Below, piece by piece: positions 8,800 through 19,582 of a DNA stretch of 64,000 nucleotides. The notes below the pieces were generated by a model, which searched no databases, had not been told where the DNA came from, and saw nothing but the letters and a program-made list of their open reading frames with translations. The DNA is taken from the NCBI GenBank assembly GCA_963845755.1, contig CAWJTV010000041.1, positions 480,001-544,000 of the forward strand. Reading direction: 5' to 3'. The position numbers and the translations under genes are program-made. This stretch comes from an uncultured Planctomycetota bacterium (GTDB lineage Bacteria; Planctomycetota; Planctomycetia; Isosphaerales; Isosphaeraceae). Within the stretch, counting starts at the first letter, position 1; each line of letters begins with the position of its first letter.

Positions 8800-10542
8800 A
8801 TGAGCGTCGATCTGGTTCGTATTGTCGATAGCATCCACCGCGATAAGAATATCTCCAAGGATATTCTGTTTGAGGGGATCCAATCGGCTCTTACCACTGC
8901 CGCACGCAAGCATTATCCGGAAGCGGCCGAGATCGAGGTGCGGATCGATCCGGATTCCGGCGCCATCGACGCAACCAAGGATGGGATCAAGATGGATCCG
9001 GCGGAACTGGGCCGGATTGCCGCCCAGACGGCCAAGCAGGTGATCATCCAGAAGATCCGGGAGGCCGAGCGCGATAGCCTGTTCGACGAATTCGAGGATC
9101 AGCGGGGCGACCTGATGACCGGGACGGTGCAGCGGTTCGAGGGGGGGGCGGTCATCGTCAACCTCGGGAAGACCGACGCCATCCTGCCCCGGAGCGAGCA
9201 GATCCCGGGCGAGAGCCATCATCCCAACGAGCGGATCCGCGCGATCATCCTGGACGTCCGCAAGGTCGGCCAGCGGGTCAAGATCATCCTCAGCCGCACG
9301 CATCCCGACTTCGTCCGTCGCCTCTTCGAGCTGGAGATCCCCGAGATCGCCGATCAGATCATCGCGATCCGCGCCCTGGCCCGGGAGGCGGGCTACCGGT
9401 CGAAGGTTGCGGTGACCTCCAACGACTCCAAGGTCGATGCGGTGGGCGCCTGCGTCGGGGTGCGCGGGACGCGAATCAAGAACATCGTGGACGAGCTGGG
9501 GGGCGAGCGCATCGACATCGTCCGCTGGAACGAATCGCTCCAGGTCCTGATCCCCAACGCACTCCAGCCGGCCGAAATCGACGAGGTAATGCTCTGCCAC
9601 CTGCTCGGGCGGGCTATCGTCCTGGTCCGCGACGATCAGCTCTCGCTGGCGATCGGCCGCCGCGGGCAGAACGTCCGGCTCGCCTCCAAGCTCGTGGGCT
9701 GGGACATCGAGATCATGACGGCCGAGGAGCTCGACGAGGTGATCGAGAAGGCGGTCAAGTCGTTCGAGAAGATCGATGTTGTCGACACCGAACTGGCCGA
9801 ACGCCTGGTCGAGCAAGGAATCCTCAGCTTCGACGACCTGTCGGTGATGGAGATCGCCGATTTAGTGAACACGATTGAGGGACTGACCGAGGAACAAGCG
9901 GTCGAGATCGTGGCCCGGGCGGAAGTCCTGGCCGAAGAGCAAACCGATGAGCTCCCCCGCCGCAAGGGACAGCGGATCGCCCCCGAGGAGGTCGCCCCCG
10001 AGGTTAGCGGGAGCCACGCCGACGAGGACACAAGCACCGATGGCCAGTCCGGCGTCGACGACGGTACGGGCGAATCCACCGGCCTCGATGCGGATCCGGA
10101 GCCGGACGCCGGCCTTGACCCGGACTCCGACGCGGGAGCTTCCCTGAGCCTCCTCGATCCTTCAGTCGAGGAATCCGCGTCGGACACGAGCCCCGAACCG
10201 GACGAATCGGCCGTCGGCGACGTATCATCTGATGAGAGTTCCGACCTGGAGCGTGACGAGGGTCTTGACGAAGAGTTCCATGACCTGGCCCTGGCGGTCG
10301 AGACCGCGGGCCTCTCGAGCCAGGGCCATGAAGTCACCTTCCCGCCCAGTGAGGACGATCAGGGGGAGACCCTCCGGATCGTGACCGAAGCGGTCGAGCA
10401 AGGCGATGGAGAACGGCCAGCCGGCCCCGGCCCGACGACCTCGACCGAGCCCGCCACCGGCTCGAGCCGGCCGGGCGGCTCGTCCCCGCGGCCGAAGCCA
10501 TCCCCCCACGATCCCGACGACCCGACCGGCGAGGCGCCCTGA
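8800..10542 (+). CDS. nusA: Transcription termination/antitermination factor NusA with a long acidic C-terminal tail
   Basis: [22 protein letters not shown]1 and KH motifs ([38 protein letters not shown]); GGAGAGG RBS. Confidence 0.97.
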   Translation: MSVDLVRIVDSIHRDKNISKDILFEGIQSALTTAARKHYPEAAEIEVRIDPDSGAIDATKDGIKMDPAELGRIAAQTAKQVIIQKIREAERDSLFDEFEDQRGDLMTGTVQRFEGGAVIVNLGKTDAILPRSEQIPGESHHPNERIRAIILDVRKVGQRVKIILSRTHPDFVRRLFELEIPEIADQIIAIRALAREAGYRSKVAVTSNDSKVDAVGACVGVRGTRIKNIVDELGGERIDIVRWNESLQVLIPNALQPAEIDEVMLCHLLGRAIVLVRDDQLSLAIGRRGQNVRLASKLVGWDIEIMTAEELDEVIEKAVKSFEKIDVVDTELAERLVEQGILSFDDLSVMEIADLVNTIEGLTEEQAVEIVARAEVLAEEQTDELPRRKGQRIAPEEVAPEVSGSHADEDTSTDGQSGVDDGTGESTGLDADPEPDAGLDPDSDAGASLSLLDPSVEESASDTSPEPDESAVGDVSSDESSDLERDEGLDEEFHDLALAVETAGLSSQGHEVTFPPSEDDQGETLRIVTEAVEQGDGERPAGPGPTTSTEPATGSSRPGGSSPRPKPSPHDPDDPTGEAP

Positions 10543-11057
10543 TCCAGAAGATGACAACGACTTACCGGGAAGACTCAAGATACAATCCATGCAATCAGTC
10601 TTCATCGTGCAGGCACCACGCCTGCCTTTCATTCTCAGACGCGGGCAAGAGGCCCGCACCCGAAAGGTCCCAGTGATTATCGACCGGCTCTTGAACCCGA
10701 GCCCAAGCCGATTCCGATTCGAGGCCGTGCGCGGAACCCCAGGGACCGGGCAAAGCCTGATGTAACCAAGGGAAGGGAGAGATGGTCGGGCCCGTCACGG
10801 GCCGACTCTGCTGTCGATGACCAGCGGACCAAGTCGACAAACGGTCGAAACCGGCCCGATGGTGCGTGCTCCCGTCCACAACTCGGACCGTCTGTCGATG
10901 GGACGGCGGGCCGGGTTCCTGGTAGAATCTCAAGGGAGGCCGGCTGCCAGGTTGGCCTTCATCCGCATTCAATGGGACCAGTAGAATCATCGAGAACACC
11001 ACGACACAAACCCGGGTCGAATCTATCCCGGGAGACCGGAGCTGTGTCCGGGAGGAG

Positions 11058-14000
11058 TTGCCTTTGTCGATGCGCGTGCATGAGCTGGCCAAAGAGCTGG
11101 GCATGAAGAGCCAAGAGCTGCTGGATCGCATTCAGAAGGCGGGGCTGGACGTCAAGCTCAGCGCCTTGGCGAGCCTGGACCCGGGTACGGTCGAGCGGAT
11201 CCGGTCCTTGATCAAGCAGGGGGTTGCCGGGAGGGAGGCTCGCGGTTCGAGTCCGGCGACGTCGATGCCGGGGGGCGGGCCTGCGCCGGTGCCCAAGCCG
11301 GGCGCGGCCTCACCGGTACGCGGAGGCGGTGAGCCGGCACGGCCGGCGGTTCTCGGTTCCAAGCCGGCGGTTTTGGGGCCTTCGCACGCGCCTGCGCCCC
11401 AGGGCCCTGCCCCGGCGGCGTCACCGGTGCGTACCGGAGTCCCGGCTCCCGGCCCGACCGCCGAGGCCACGCCCGGAGCGGCGTCGACGCCCGCCGGGCC
11501 GCCGCCGCCGGCTTCGACCCAGCGGATGGTTCCGGGCTCGTCCCCAGCGGGAATGTCGCGGCCGGTTGCGCCGGGCTCAGCGCCGGAGGGACCCGCTGGG
11601 CCGGCCTCGGGGCGTCCGGCCCAGGGCCCGCCGCCGTCGTCGTCGCGGCCAGGCGGCGGCTTCGAGAGGCCGGGTTCCCGCCCGGCCGGCGGCGGTCCCC
11701 TGTCGGCGCACACGCGGCATGGACAGACCGGCGGCGGCCCGCGCCCGGGTTCTTCGGGCCCGTCGGGGCATGGTCCGCGCCCCGAGTCTCGGCCGGGGTC
11801 ATCATCCGGGACACCAGGTGGTCAGGGTCTCCAACCGATGAGTCCGGACCAGTACATGTCGCCGGGCGGGGTCCGCATCATGACGCCTCGAGGGAGTGGA
11901 CCGACGGCACCGCCGCCCACCCAGCCGCGCCGCCCCGTCGAAGGACCCGGCGGCGACGGTGGCCGTCGCGAAGGTCCGCGCGCGTCCAGTCGGCCGCTGC
12001 CCCCGGTGGCCCAGCACATCCCGTCTCCGTCGCGATCGGGAGGCCCGCAACGCCAGGTCCCGCCCGCCGGGCCCAAGGCCCAGCGTCCCGAGAAGAAGAT
12101 GACGCGGGACGAGATGATGGAGATGATGCGCAAGGGGGGGCTCCAGGTGTTCCAGGCGCCGACCGGCCCCGCTCCCGGGTCTGCGCCCGGCGGCCGGGGC
12201 GGCCAGCCGCCGCGCAGTATCGGACACGGAGGCCCACCGCGCCCGGGTGGCCCGCCCGCCGGATCGCAGCCCCGGCGCATCGGGCCGGGCTTGACCTCTC
12301 CGGCAGCCCCGCCGGCCCCGCCGGTGGATGAAGAAGAAGATCGCAAGAACAAAGGCGCCCGCCTGGGCTCGCCCGCCGATCGGGCCGGCCGCCGGGCCAA
12401 GCGGAACGAGCGGGCCGGCGAACGCCGGGTCACATCCCCCGTACCCGCCGCCGCATTGCTCTCCGGCGAGGATGAGGAGTTCCGGCGCTCGCGCGGTTCG
12501 AAGAAGTCCCGGGGTGGGCATCGCGCCGTGCTGGCCCCCACTCGCAAGTCGCGCGCCCAGATCGAGCCGCCGATCAGCGTGCGGGCCCTTTCCGAAGCGA
12601 TCGGCATCAAGCACGGCGATCTGCTCCGCAAGCTGATGGGCTTGAACCAGCTCCTGACCATCAACTCCACCCTGGAGGAAGACCTCGCCGTCATGCTCTC
12701 CATGGAGTTCGGCATCGAGCTCCAGGTGGTCCACGAGACCACCCCGGAAGAGGAGATGATCGCGGCCTTCTCCGAGTCCAGCGACCCGGAGAATCTCGTG
12801 CCCCGGCCCCCGGTTATCACGATTCTTGGGCATGTCGACCACGGCAAGACCTCGCTGCTGGACCGGATCCGCAAGTCGAACGTGGTCAACTCCGAGAGTG
12901 GCGGCATCACGCAGCACATCGGCGCTTACCAGGTCGAGTCCAACGACCGGGCCATCACATTCGTCGATACGCCCGGCCACGAGGCATTCACCTCGATGTG
13001 CGCCCGCGGTGCCAATGTCACCGACATCGTCGTGCTGGTCGTTGCCGCCGACGACGGCGTCATGCCCCAGACCGTGGAGGCGATCGCCCACGCCAAGGCG
13101 GCCGAGGTGCCGATCGTCGTGGCGCTCAACAAGATCGACCTGCCCAACGTCAACAATGCCTCCAATCTCAGCAAGATCTACGGCGAGCTGTCGCAGCAGG
13201 GCCTCCACCCGGTCGAGTGGGGTGGGGACATCGAGGTCGTCAAGACCTCGGCGACGACCGGCCAGGGCATCCCCGAGCTGCTCCTGACGCTCGAGACCAT
13301 CGCCGAACTGCACGAGCTCAAGGCCGACCCGAACCGGCCGGCCAAGGGCACCTGCCTGGAGGCCTCGCTCTCCGAGGGCCGGGGCGTGGTGGCGACCGTG
13401 CTGATCCAGGAGGGGACCCTCCGCGTCGGCGAGGTCATCGTCTGCGGCACCAGCTACGGCCGGGTCCGCGCCTTGTTCAACGACAAGGGGCAATTGATCG
13501 ACCATGCCGGTCCCTCCACCCCCGTCGAGGTCTCCGGACTGGACATCGTCCCCTCCGCCGGCGAGGATGTCGGCGTCGTCGAGGACATCTCGCGCGCCCG
13601 CGAGGTCGCCGAGGCCCGGCGAACCGCGCCCGCGACGCCGCCCACTTCGATCGCCAGGCCGTCACGCTGGAGAACCTCTACAGCAAGATGGCCGAGCAGA
13701 AGATCAAGAGCCTCAACCTCATCCTCAAGGCCGACGTCCAGGGCTCCATCGAGGCCCTCACCAAGGAGCTCGAGAAGCTCCATAATGAGGAGGTCCCGCT
13801 CCGGATCCTGCTCAAGGCCGTCGGCGGCATCACCGAAAGCGACATCGTCCTGGCCGACGCCTCCCAGGCCATCGTCATCGGTTTTCGCGTCGCACCCGAG
13901 GATCGGGCGATCGCGATGGCCGAGGACAAGAATATCGAGATCCGCCGCTACGACATCATCTACCAGGTCACCGACGACATCAAGAAGGCCGTCGAGGGGA

Positions 14001-14317
14001 TGCTGGTCCCCGAAGTCAAGGAGGTCCACCTCGGCCGGGCCGTGGTCCGCCAGGTCTTCAAGATCTCCCGGGTCGGGGCCGTCGCCGGCTGCTTCGTCAC
14101 CCAGGGGATGATGGAGCGATCGGCCAAGGTCCGCCTCATCCGCGAGGGCCGCGAGATCTACAAGGGCTCCATCGAGGCGCTCAAGCGGTTCAAGGACGAC
14201 GCGAAGGAGGTCCCCCAGAACTTCGAGTGCGGCATCAAGGTCAGCAACTTCGACGACATCAAGGTCGGCGACGTCATCGAAGCTTATCGGATCGATGTCA
14301 TCCGCCGCACGCTTTGA
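11058..14317 (+). CDS. infB: Translation initiation factor IF-2; frameshift near 13620 (probable sequencing error)
   Basis: [11 protein letters not shown]-terminus, [25 protein letters not shown]-terminal [25 protein letters not shown] is in ORF 12998..14317. Confidence 0.97.
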
Positions 14318-14330
14318 TCCCGTGAGCAGG

Positions 14331-14348
14331 CAGTAGGCAGTAGGTAGT
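14331..14348. repeat. Heptamer (CAGTAGG)n, left arm of an inverted pair with 16347-16364
   Basis: 17/18 match to the reverse complement of ACTGCCTACTGCCTACTG just before rbfA. Confidence 0.7.
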
Positions 14349-14377
14349 CGGAAGTAAAGATGAGAGTCTGTTCCCAA

Positions 14378-14590
14378 AGCCCCAGAGGGGCGACCGGACG
14401 TAGCCAGGGGCGTGAGCCCCTGGACGATCGACCGCGACCCCCTCGACCGTCCTTCGAGCCCCGGAGGGGCGACAGACGTCCTCAGGGCCACAGGGTTTCT
14501 GTCGCCCCTCCGGGGCTCCCCGGATCGGGGGACCCCCTCGTCCAGGGGCTCACGCCCCTGGCTACGTGCTTCCGCCCCCCTCCGGGGGCT
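14378..14590. repeat. Long nested palindromic extragenic element (REP/MITE-like)
   Basis: Outer arms CGTAGCCAGGGGCGTGAGCCCCTGGA / TCCAGGGGCTCACGCCCCTGGCTACG; inner arms GAGCCCCGGAGGGGCGACAGA / TCTGTCGCCCCTCCGGGGCTC. Confidence 0.85.
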
Positions 14591-14620
14591 CGGGAAGGGA
14601 CTTATGGAACAGACTCTGAG

Positions 14621-16311
14621 TTCGACTTTGGCCGATTCTAACACCTCGACGCCCGCGGCGCGCACCCGCGATCGAGCGGGGGCGCCGCACGACCGCAATT
14701 CGCCCCGCGCGGGCTTCCTTAACGTGGCCCGGCGGCCCGTCTCAGGCGGCCGGGGCCAGTCCATTGAGCAGGATCTGCCTCAAAGGACGACCGAGTTTTG
14801 AAAAGGCTTCGCGATGACCAGGGATTGCAAAAACCCATTCCACCCACAGCCAGCGCCGTACCGCCGTGATGGCATCCGAGAACGTCACGTCGCACTTTCC
14901 CGGCCAATCCACCACCCGCGGCGTGTGTACCGTCTGGGCATCTCCGTGTACAACCACGCCACCACGGTATACAGGCAAAACAGGCACGGTGCCGCCCGCA
15001 AGACGGTCCGCCGACTCCAGCCCCGCGTCGTCTCCAGGCCGAGGTAGGAACGGACTTCTTGAAAGGTCGTCTCGATCGACCAGCGACCGGTGTAGGTCTC
15101 GATCACCGCCTGGGGGCTCATGGTCAGGTCGGTCGTGAAGAAATACTCGTCCCGGTGCGTCCCAGTCCGGTCGCGGACGAAGACCCAGAGCACCGGCACC
15201 AAGGGCCGACCACCGCGATACCAGTGACCTCGGCCACTGACTACTTCCACACGGCGGCGTCCCCCTCCGTACCAAGCGACCTTCAGCACCGAGGGCTGAC
15301 GGCAGTCGCGCACCACCTGGGCCGGCTTGGGCAGTGCCTTCCCCTTCTTGCGGGGACGATGGGCCGGCCGCTTGCCCGAGACCGGCGGCGACGGCTCGAA
15401 CAGATTGGCGTTGGGGTAGAACTTGCTGACGAACGTCAGCCGCTTGGGGTTGGCCGTGGCCAATTCGGCCAGTTCGTGGGTCGCGTAATCGCCGTCGGCC
15501 GTGGCGAGCCACGTTCGCTCCGGGAACCAGCGGATCAGGATGCGGAGCATCTGTGCCAGCAAATCCGCCGGGGTCTTGTGCGCCCGCTTGGTAACCCCGT
15601 CGGTCGCCTTGTCCTCGGGCCGATACAACGACACCATCAACGGCAAAGCCCAGGGCCGGCGGGAAAACGGCAAGTGGACCAGCAGGGCCAGGACGACCCA
15701 CTTGTGTCCCCAGCGGAAGGCGGTGAACGAGTGAGTGGAACGGACGGGATCGCGGTGACACCCTTTGCCGTAGACCCGGGGCCCGGGATGTTCGGTGACG
15801 GTATCGTCGCCGACCACGGGCACGAGGCCCTGGGGTGCGAATCGCGCCAGCACGGCGGCGATGTATCGCCGCGCCAGGGTGCGGGAGGACCAGCGGCGCT
15901 GGGAGAAGATGCGGTGATAACTACTCGAATGACCGGGGGCCAAGCCGCCGAGGCATCGGAGCAGATTGGAGAGAGTGCGTCCGCCCACCGTGAGGATGGC
16001 GGCCAGCGCCAGCAGAACCCACCGGCGGTAGACGGTGCGGCGAAAGGCCGGTTGCAGGGGGTCGAAGAGGGCGCGGACCGGCGCGGGGAGTTGGTCGTGA
16101 TTGCGGTCGAGTAGGTGTCGAGCGGCCCGCGCCTTTTGGGCTTGTCGCCGTCGCAAGACGCGGAGGTCTTTTCGAGAGATCCGCTTCCGGCGTCGAGGTG
16201 TTACAATAGTCATGGCGGCCTCCTTGTGTGCGATGTGAGAGGAGATCCCTACCCTCTATCGCACGAAGGAGGCGCAGCCCCGCGGAAGCCAAACAATCGG
16301 CAAAAGTCGAA
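14621..16311 (-). mobile_element. IS701-like insertion sequence between infB and rbfA
   Basis: Terminal inverted repeats TTCGACTTTGGCCGATT / AATCGGCAAAAGTCGAA (16/17); flanking direct repeat CTGAG at 14616-14620 and 16312-16316. Confidence 0.88.
14742..16213 (-). CDS. IS701-like DDE transposase; frameshift near 14920
   Basis: GDDT..HPGPRVYG..HRD, GHKWVVL, ADGDYA, YTGRWSIETTFQE. C-terminus TFSDAITAVRRWLW..LAPAA* is in the adjacent frame. Confidence 0.87.
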
Positions 16312-16374
16312 CTGAGACCGTACCGGCCGCTTTTCTTCCGGTGTTCACTGCCTACTGCCTACTGAGGTAAATTG

Positions 16375-16806
16375 ATGCCCTCGCACCGCAGTCTCCGCAT
16401 GGCCGAAGCGATCCGCGAAGTGGTCGCCACGGCGATCTTGTTCGACGTGGCGGATCCGCGCGTGCGGTCCGTCACGGTGCTCCGCGTCGAGGTATCGGGC
16501 GACCTGCACCAGGCCAAGGTCTATGTTTCGATCATGGGAACCGGGGCCGAGCAGCGGCGGGCGATGGAGGGCCTGAATCACGCGACGGGCTTCCTCCAGG
16601 CGCGCGTGGCGGCGCGGCTCCAGACGCGATTCACCCCGGTCCTCAGCTTCCACTCGGATGACCGGGTGAAGAAGTCGATCGAGATCGGCCGTCTGATCGA
16701 CGAAGCCGTCGCGTCGGATCAGAGGGGGGACGCCTCTCCGACTGGACTCATCCCCGCGGCCGCGAGGGAGGCCGACGACGAAGGGCGAGAGCCGGAGGAC
16801 TCGTAG
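16375..16806 (+). CDS. rbfA: 30S ribosome-binding factor A
   Basis: RMAEAIREVV, DPRV..VTV.RVEVSGDL..AKVYVS, RFTPVLSF; follows infB. Confidence 0.95.
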   Translation: MPSHRSLRMAEAIREVVATAILFDVADPRVRSVTVLRVEVSGDLHQAKVYVSIMGTGAEQRRAMEGLNHATGFLQARVAARLQTRFTPVLSFHSDDRVKKSIEIGRLIDEAVASDQRGDASPTGLIPAAAREADDEGREPEDS

Positions 16807-16976
16807 CCCCACGGCGGCGCCCCTGGCATGGGCCACCCCCGCCGCGGGCGGCCGACTCGACGGCCGCCCTTCGCGACAGTCGAGACGAATCCCCGTCGCG
16901 ATGACGGCGGCGCTCGCCCGACCAATGGTCTTCGCGATCCCCTCGGGTTTCGCTTATCACCCAGTAGAATAGGATC

Positions 16977-17879
16977 ATGGCAACACAAAGCAAGGCTCAG
17001 TTCCTGACCGACGTCTATACGTTGCTCAAGCGGCGCTACAAGCCCAAGGCGGACCGCAACGCCTCCCGGCTTTCGGTCCTCAAGGCGGTCGTTTATGGGA
17101 TCTGCCACGAGGACACGACCCGCGAGCACGCCAACCAGGCCCTCTCGCGGTTCAAGGACGAGTTCTTCGATTGGAATGAGGTGCGGGTCAGCAGCCTCGA
17201 TGAGATCCAGGAGAACCTGGCCGGCATCCCCGAGGCCGAGGAGCGCGCGCGGCGCATTCGCCGTTTCCTCCGCCAGCTCTTCAACCGGACCTACGCCTTT
17301 AATCTCGACGCCCTGACCAAGAAGCCGCTCAAAGAGGCCCTCAAGGTACTCCAGACCTACGAGGCATTCGCGTCGGACTACGTCACGGCCACCGTGATCC
17401 AGCAGGCCCTCGGCGGTCACGCGATCCCGATCGACAGGCACACGCACCGCGCCCTGGTACGGCTGGGGATCACCGAGTCCACGATCCCGGACCTCCGCGC
17501 CGTGCTGGAACGGGCCGTCCCCAAGAATCGCGGCGCCGAGTTCCTCGATCTGCTCGAAGACCTCGCCAATGACACCTGCGTGGACGGCGAGCCGGATTGT
17601 CCCCGCTGCGAGCTTCGCAAGATCTGCCCCTTCGTCCAGGTGCGCAAACACGAGAGCACGTTGTCCGACTCGGCAGGCTCCGTCCGGCCCGCCAAGCCCC
17701 GCCCCGGCAAGGAAAAGGACGCGACCCGGACGCCCAAGGCCAAGCCCGTCGACGTGGCACCGCCGCCGGCCCCCGCGCCGGCTCCGCCTCCGGGCGCCAT
17801 CAAGAAGAGCCCCTCGGCGCATGCCGCCAAGGAGAATCCCTCGCCACCCAAACCCGCCCGCGGCAAGCGAAGTCATTAG
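16977..17879 (+). CDS. Endonuclease III-like HhH-GPD protein with [4Fe-4S] motif and a Pro/Lys-rich tail
   Basis: DWNEVRVS, IPIDRH..R.LVRLG, CVDGEPDCPRCELRKIC (Cx6Cx2Cx5C). Confidence 0.78.
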   Translation: MATQSKAQFLTDVYTLLKRRYKPKADRNASRLSVLKAVVYGICHEDTTREHANQALSRFKDEFFDWNEVRVSSLDEIQENLAGIPEAEERARRIRRFLRQLFNRTYAFNLDALTKKPLKEALKVLQTYEAFASDYVTATVIQQALGGHAIPIDRHTHRALVRLGITESTIPDLRAVLERAVPKNRGAEFLDLLEDLANDTCVDGEPDCPRCELRKICPFVQVRKHESTLSDSAGSVRPAKPRPGKEKDATRTPKAKPVDVAPPPAPAPAPPPGAIKKSPSAHAAKENPSPPKPARGKRSH

Positions 17880-17924
17880 AGCGCTTATCAGTTGCGTTGC
17901 GCGCGCCCAGAGCGATGCGAATCC

Positions 17925-18019
17925 ACCCCCCGGAACCCCCCCTTCGCAAGGGGGGGACAGGAAATGGGCCACTCCTCCTCAATGGTCCCCCCCTTGCGAA
18001 GGGGGGGTTCCGGGGGGGT
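17925..18019. repeat. Inverted REP-like doublet between convergent genes
   Basis: CCCCCCGGAACCCCCCCTTCGCAAGGGGGGGAC ... GTCCCCCCCTTGCGAAGGGGGGGTTCCGGGGGGG. Confidence 0.8.
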
Positions 18020-18139
18020 TCTTTGGGAACCGGCTTCGCGTGTGTACAACTCAACCGTGAAGCGCTCTAGTCATTGATCATCGGTCACCATTGTGCGTGC
18101 CTTGCCGTGCGCGCACTCTCTTCGCCCATCGACAACGGT

Positions 18140-18562
18140 TCATTCTTCCGAACGCGCGCGCTTGGGTTTGCATGGACCAACGACGAATAAGATGTATCCC
18201 AGCAGCCCACCGAGCGTGTTGAGGATGAGGTCATCCACATCCGCGACGCGACGTCCGGAGATGTACTGTCCCACCTCGATGCTCGCGCTGACACACAAGC
18301 AGAAGAGGGCCACATGCCAGGCTGTCGTACGCCGGGGCCGGACCAGCGGTGGTATCAGGCCGATGGGGATGAAGGCCACGAGATTCCCCGCGAAATTGAC
18401 CACGAGTTGCCGACCTCCGACCCTCCAGTCCGCGATGATCGAGTGCAGCGGGCGGAAGTTTGATGGCGGATGATTCGAAGGGAACTGCAGCAGTGCGAGG
18501 TCGAGGAGTAACAGGAGGTAGGCGAGAAGGCACAGCAAGGCTACGGTCCGTCGCGTCGACAT
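18140..18562 (-). CDS. VanZ family membrane protein
   Basis: NFRPLHSI, NFAGNLVAFIPIG, SASIEVGQY, R.ADVDDLILNTLGG. Confidence 0.9.
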   Translation of the reverse strand: MSTRRTVALLCLLAYLLLLLDLALLQFPSNHPPSNFRPLHSIIADWRVGGRQLVVNFAGNLVAFIPIGLIPPLVRPRRTTAWHVALFCLCVSASIEVGQYISGRRVADVDDLILNTLGGLLGYILFVVGPCKPKRARSEE

Positions 18563-18660
18563 CGGATTTCAAGTCGCTCCATTCCGACAGGGGGAATCGG
18601 TCAAGCCCGTGCGCATCACTTGGGGATTCCAGGGCGGCCTTCGTCCGCAGCCCACGAGGA

Positions 18661-18816
18661 ATTCCGGATTCGAGATTCCGGATTCGAGATTCCGGATTCG
18701 AGATTCCGGATTCGAGATTCCGGATTCGAGATTCCGGATTCGAGATTCGAGATTCCCGATTCAAGAGACCGGAATCGACTCCTTCGCGGATGGGGAATCT
18801 TGAATTGGGAATCGAG
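18661..18816. repeat. Tandem repeat (ATTCCGGATTCGAG)x6 plus three heptamers, with a short inverted partner
   Basis: Six perfect 14-mers at 18661-18744, then ATTCGAG ATTCCCG ATTCAAG; complementary TCTTGAATTGGGAATCGAG near 18799-18817. Confidence 0.9.
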
Positions 18817-19042
18817 GATTCCTCAGTTGCGCGGTGCGGAGATCCTGCAAAATTCACATTGTCTATCGACCGTACTCGGGATTGGTGAATCCGCCTCGCT
18901 GCGAGGGTCCCACGCGCCATTCGGGATACTCCCCTTGCGTATCCTGCTCTTCGTAATGCCAAGAGATTGTATATTCTGTAGTGACTCGCACGTTATACTA
19001 CGGACCGTGAATCACACGACAAGACAACTCGGAGATGCAATC

Positions 19043-19510
19043 ATGGCGACAGTGATACCACGAAATCAAGGGAAGACCGAATTCGTCCGATCCGTGCTCA
19101 CGAAGGACCCGCGCGCGAATGCCAAGTCTGTGAAGGACGCATGGGAGGAGTCCGGACATGACGGGACGATCAGTGAGACGTTGGTCAACAAGATGAGGTC
19201 GGAGATGGGCCTGGCCGGGAACCTGCGCGGCCGTCCCAAGGGCTCGAAGACAGCAACGGCCGAGAAGCCCAAGTATACCGGGAAGAAGCGGGGGCGGAAA
19301 CCCAAGTCGGCCCAGGTCGCTCCCAACAACGGACGATCGGTGGAGGAGCCGCGCGCGAAGTCGACTGGCCGACACAATCAACTGGCCGCCCTCGAAGCCG
19401 AGATCGACGTCTTGCTCTTCAAGGTAATGAATCTCGGCGGTCTGGAGGAGATCGAGAATAGCCTGAGGAAGACGCGTCGCCTGCTCTACGGAGCGCTCAC
19501 GGGGGGTTGA
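19043..19510 (+). CDS. Small basic hypothetical protein, possibly DNA-binding
   Basis: GGAG RBS and upstream TATACT; KTEFVR.VL..DP.AN.K.V helical N-terminus; RGRPK and KKRGRKPK basic motifs. Confidence 0.7.
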   Translation: MATVIPRNQGKTEFVRSVLTKDPRANAKSVKDAWEESGHDGTISETLVNKMRSEMGLAGNLRGRPKGSKTATAEKPKYTGKKRGRKPKSAQVAPNNGRSVEEPRAKSTGRHNQLAALEAEIDVLLFKVMNLGGLEEIENSLRKTRRLLYGALTGG

Positions 19511-19582
19511 GTCGGATCGCCACGGACCCCCGAGTTGCTACAGGTCGAGGGAGGCTGGCAACCGCCGCCCGCGGCTCGCAAG

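Noticed and set aside
13600..13640. Programmed frameshift or pseudogene in infB
   Set aside because: No slippery sequence; the gene is essential and similar indels occur throughout the window.
18231..18962. ORFs with SRIRNLE/RFRIRDSG repeats
   Set aside because: These are translations of the non-coding 14-bp tandem repeat.
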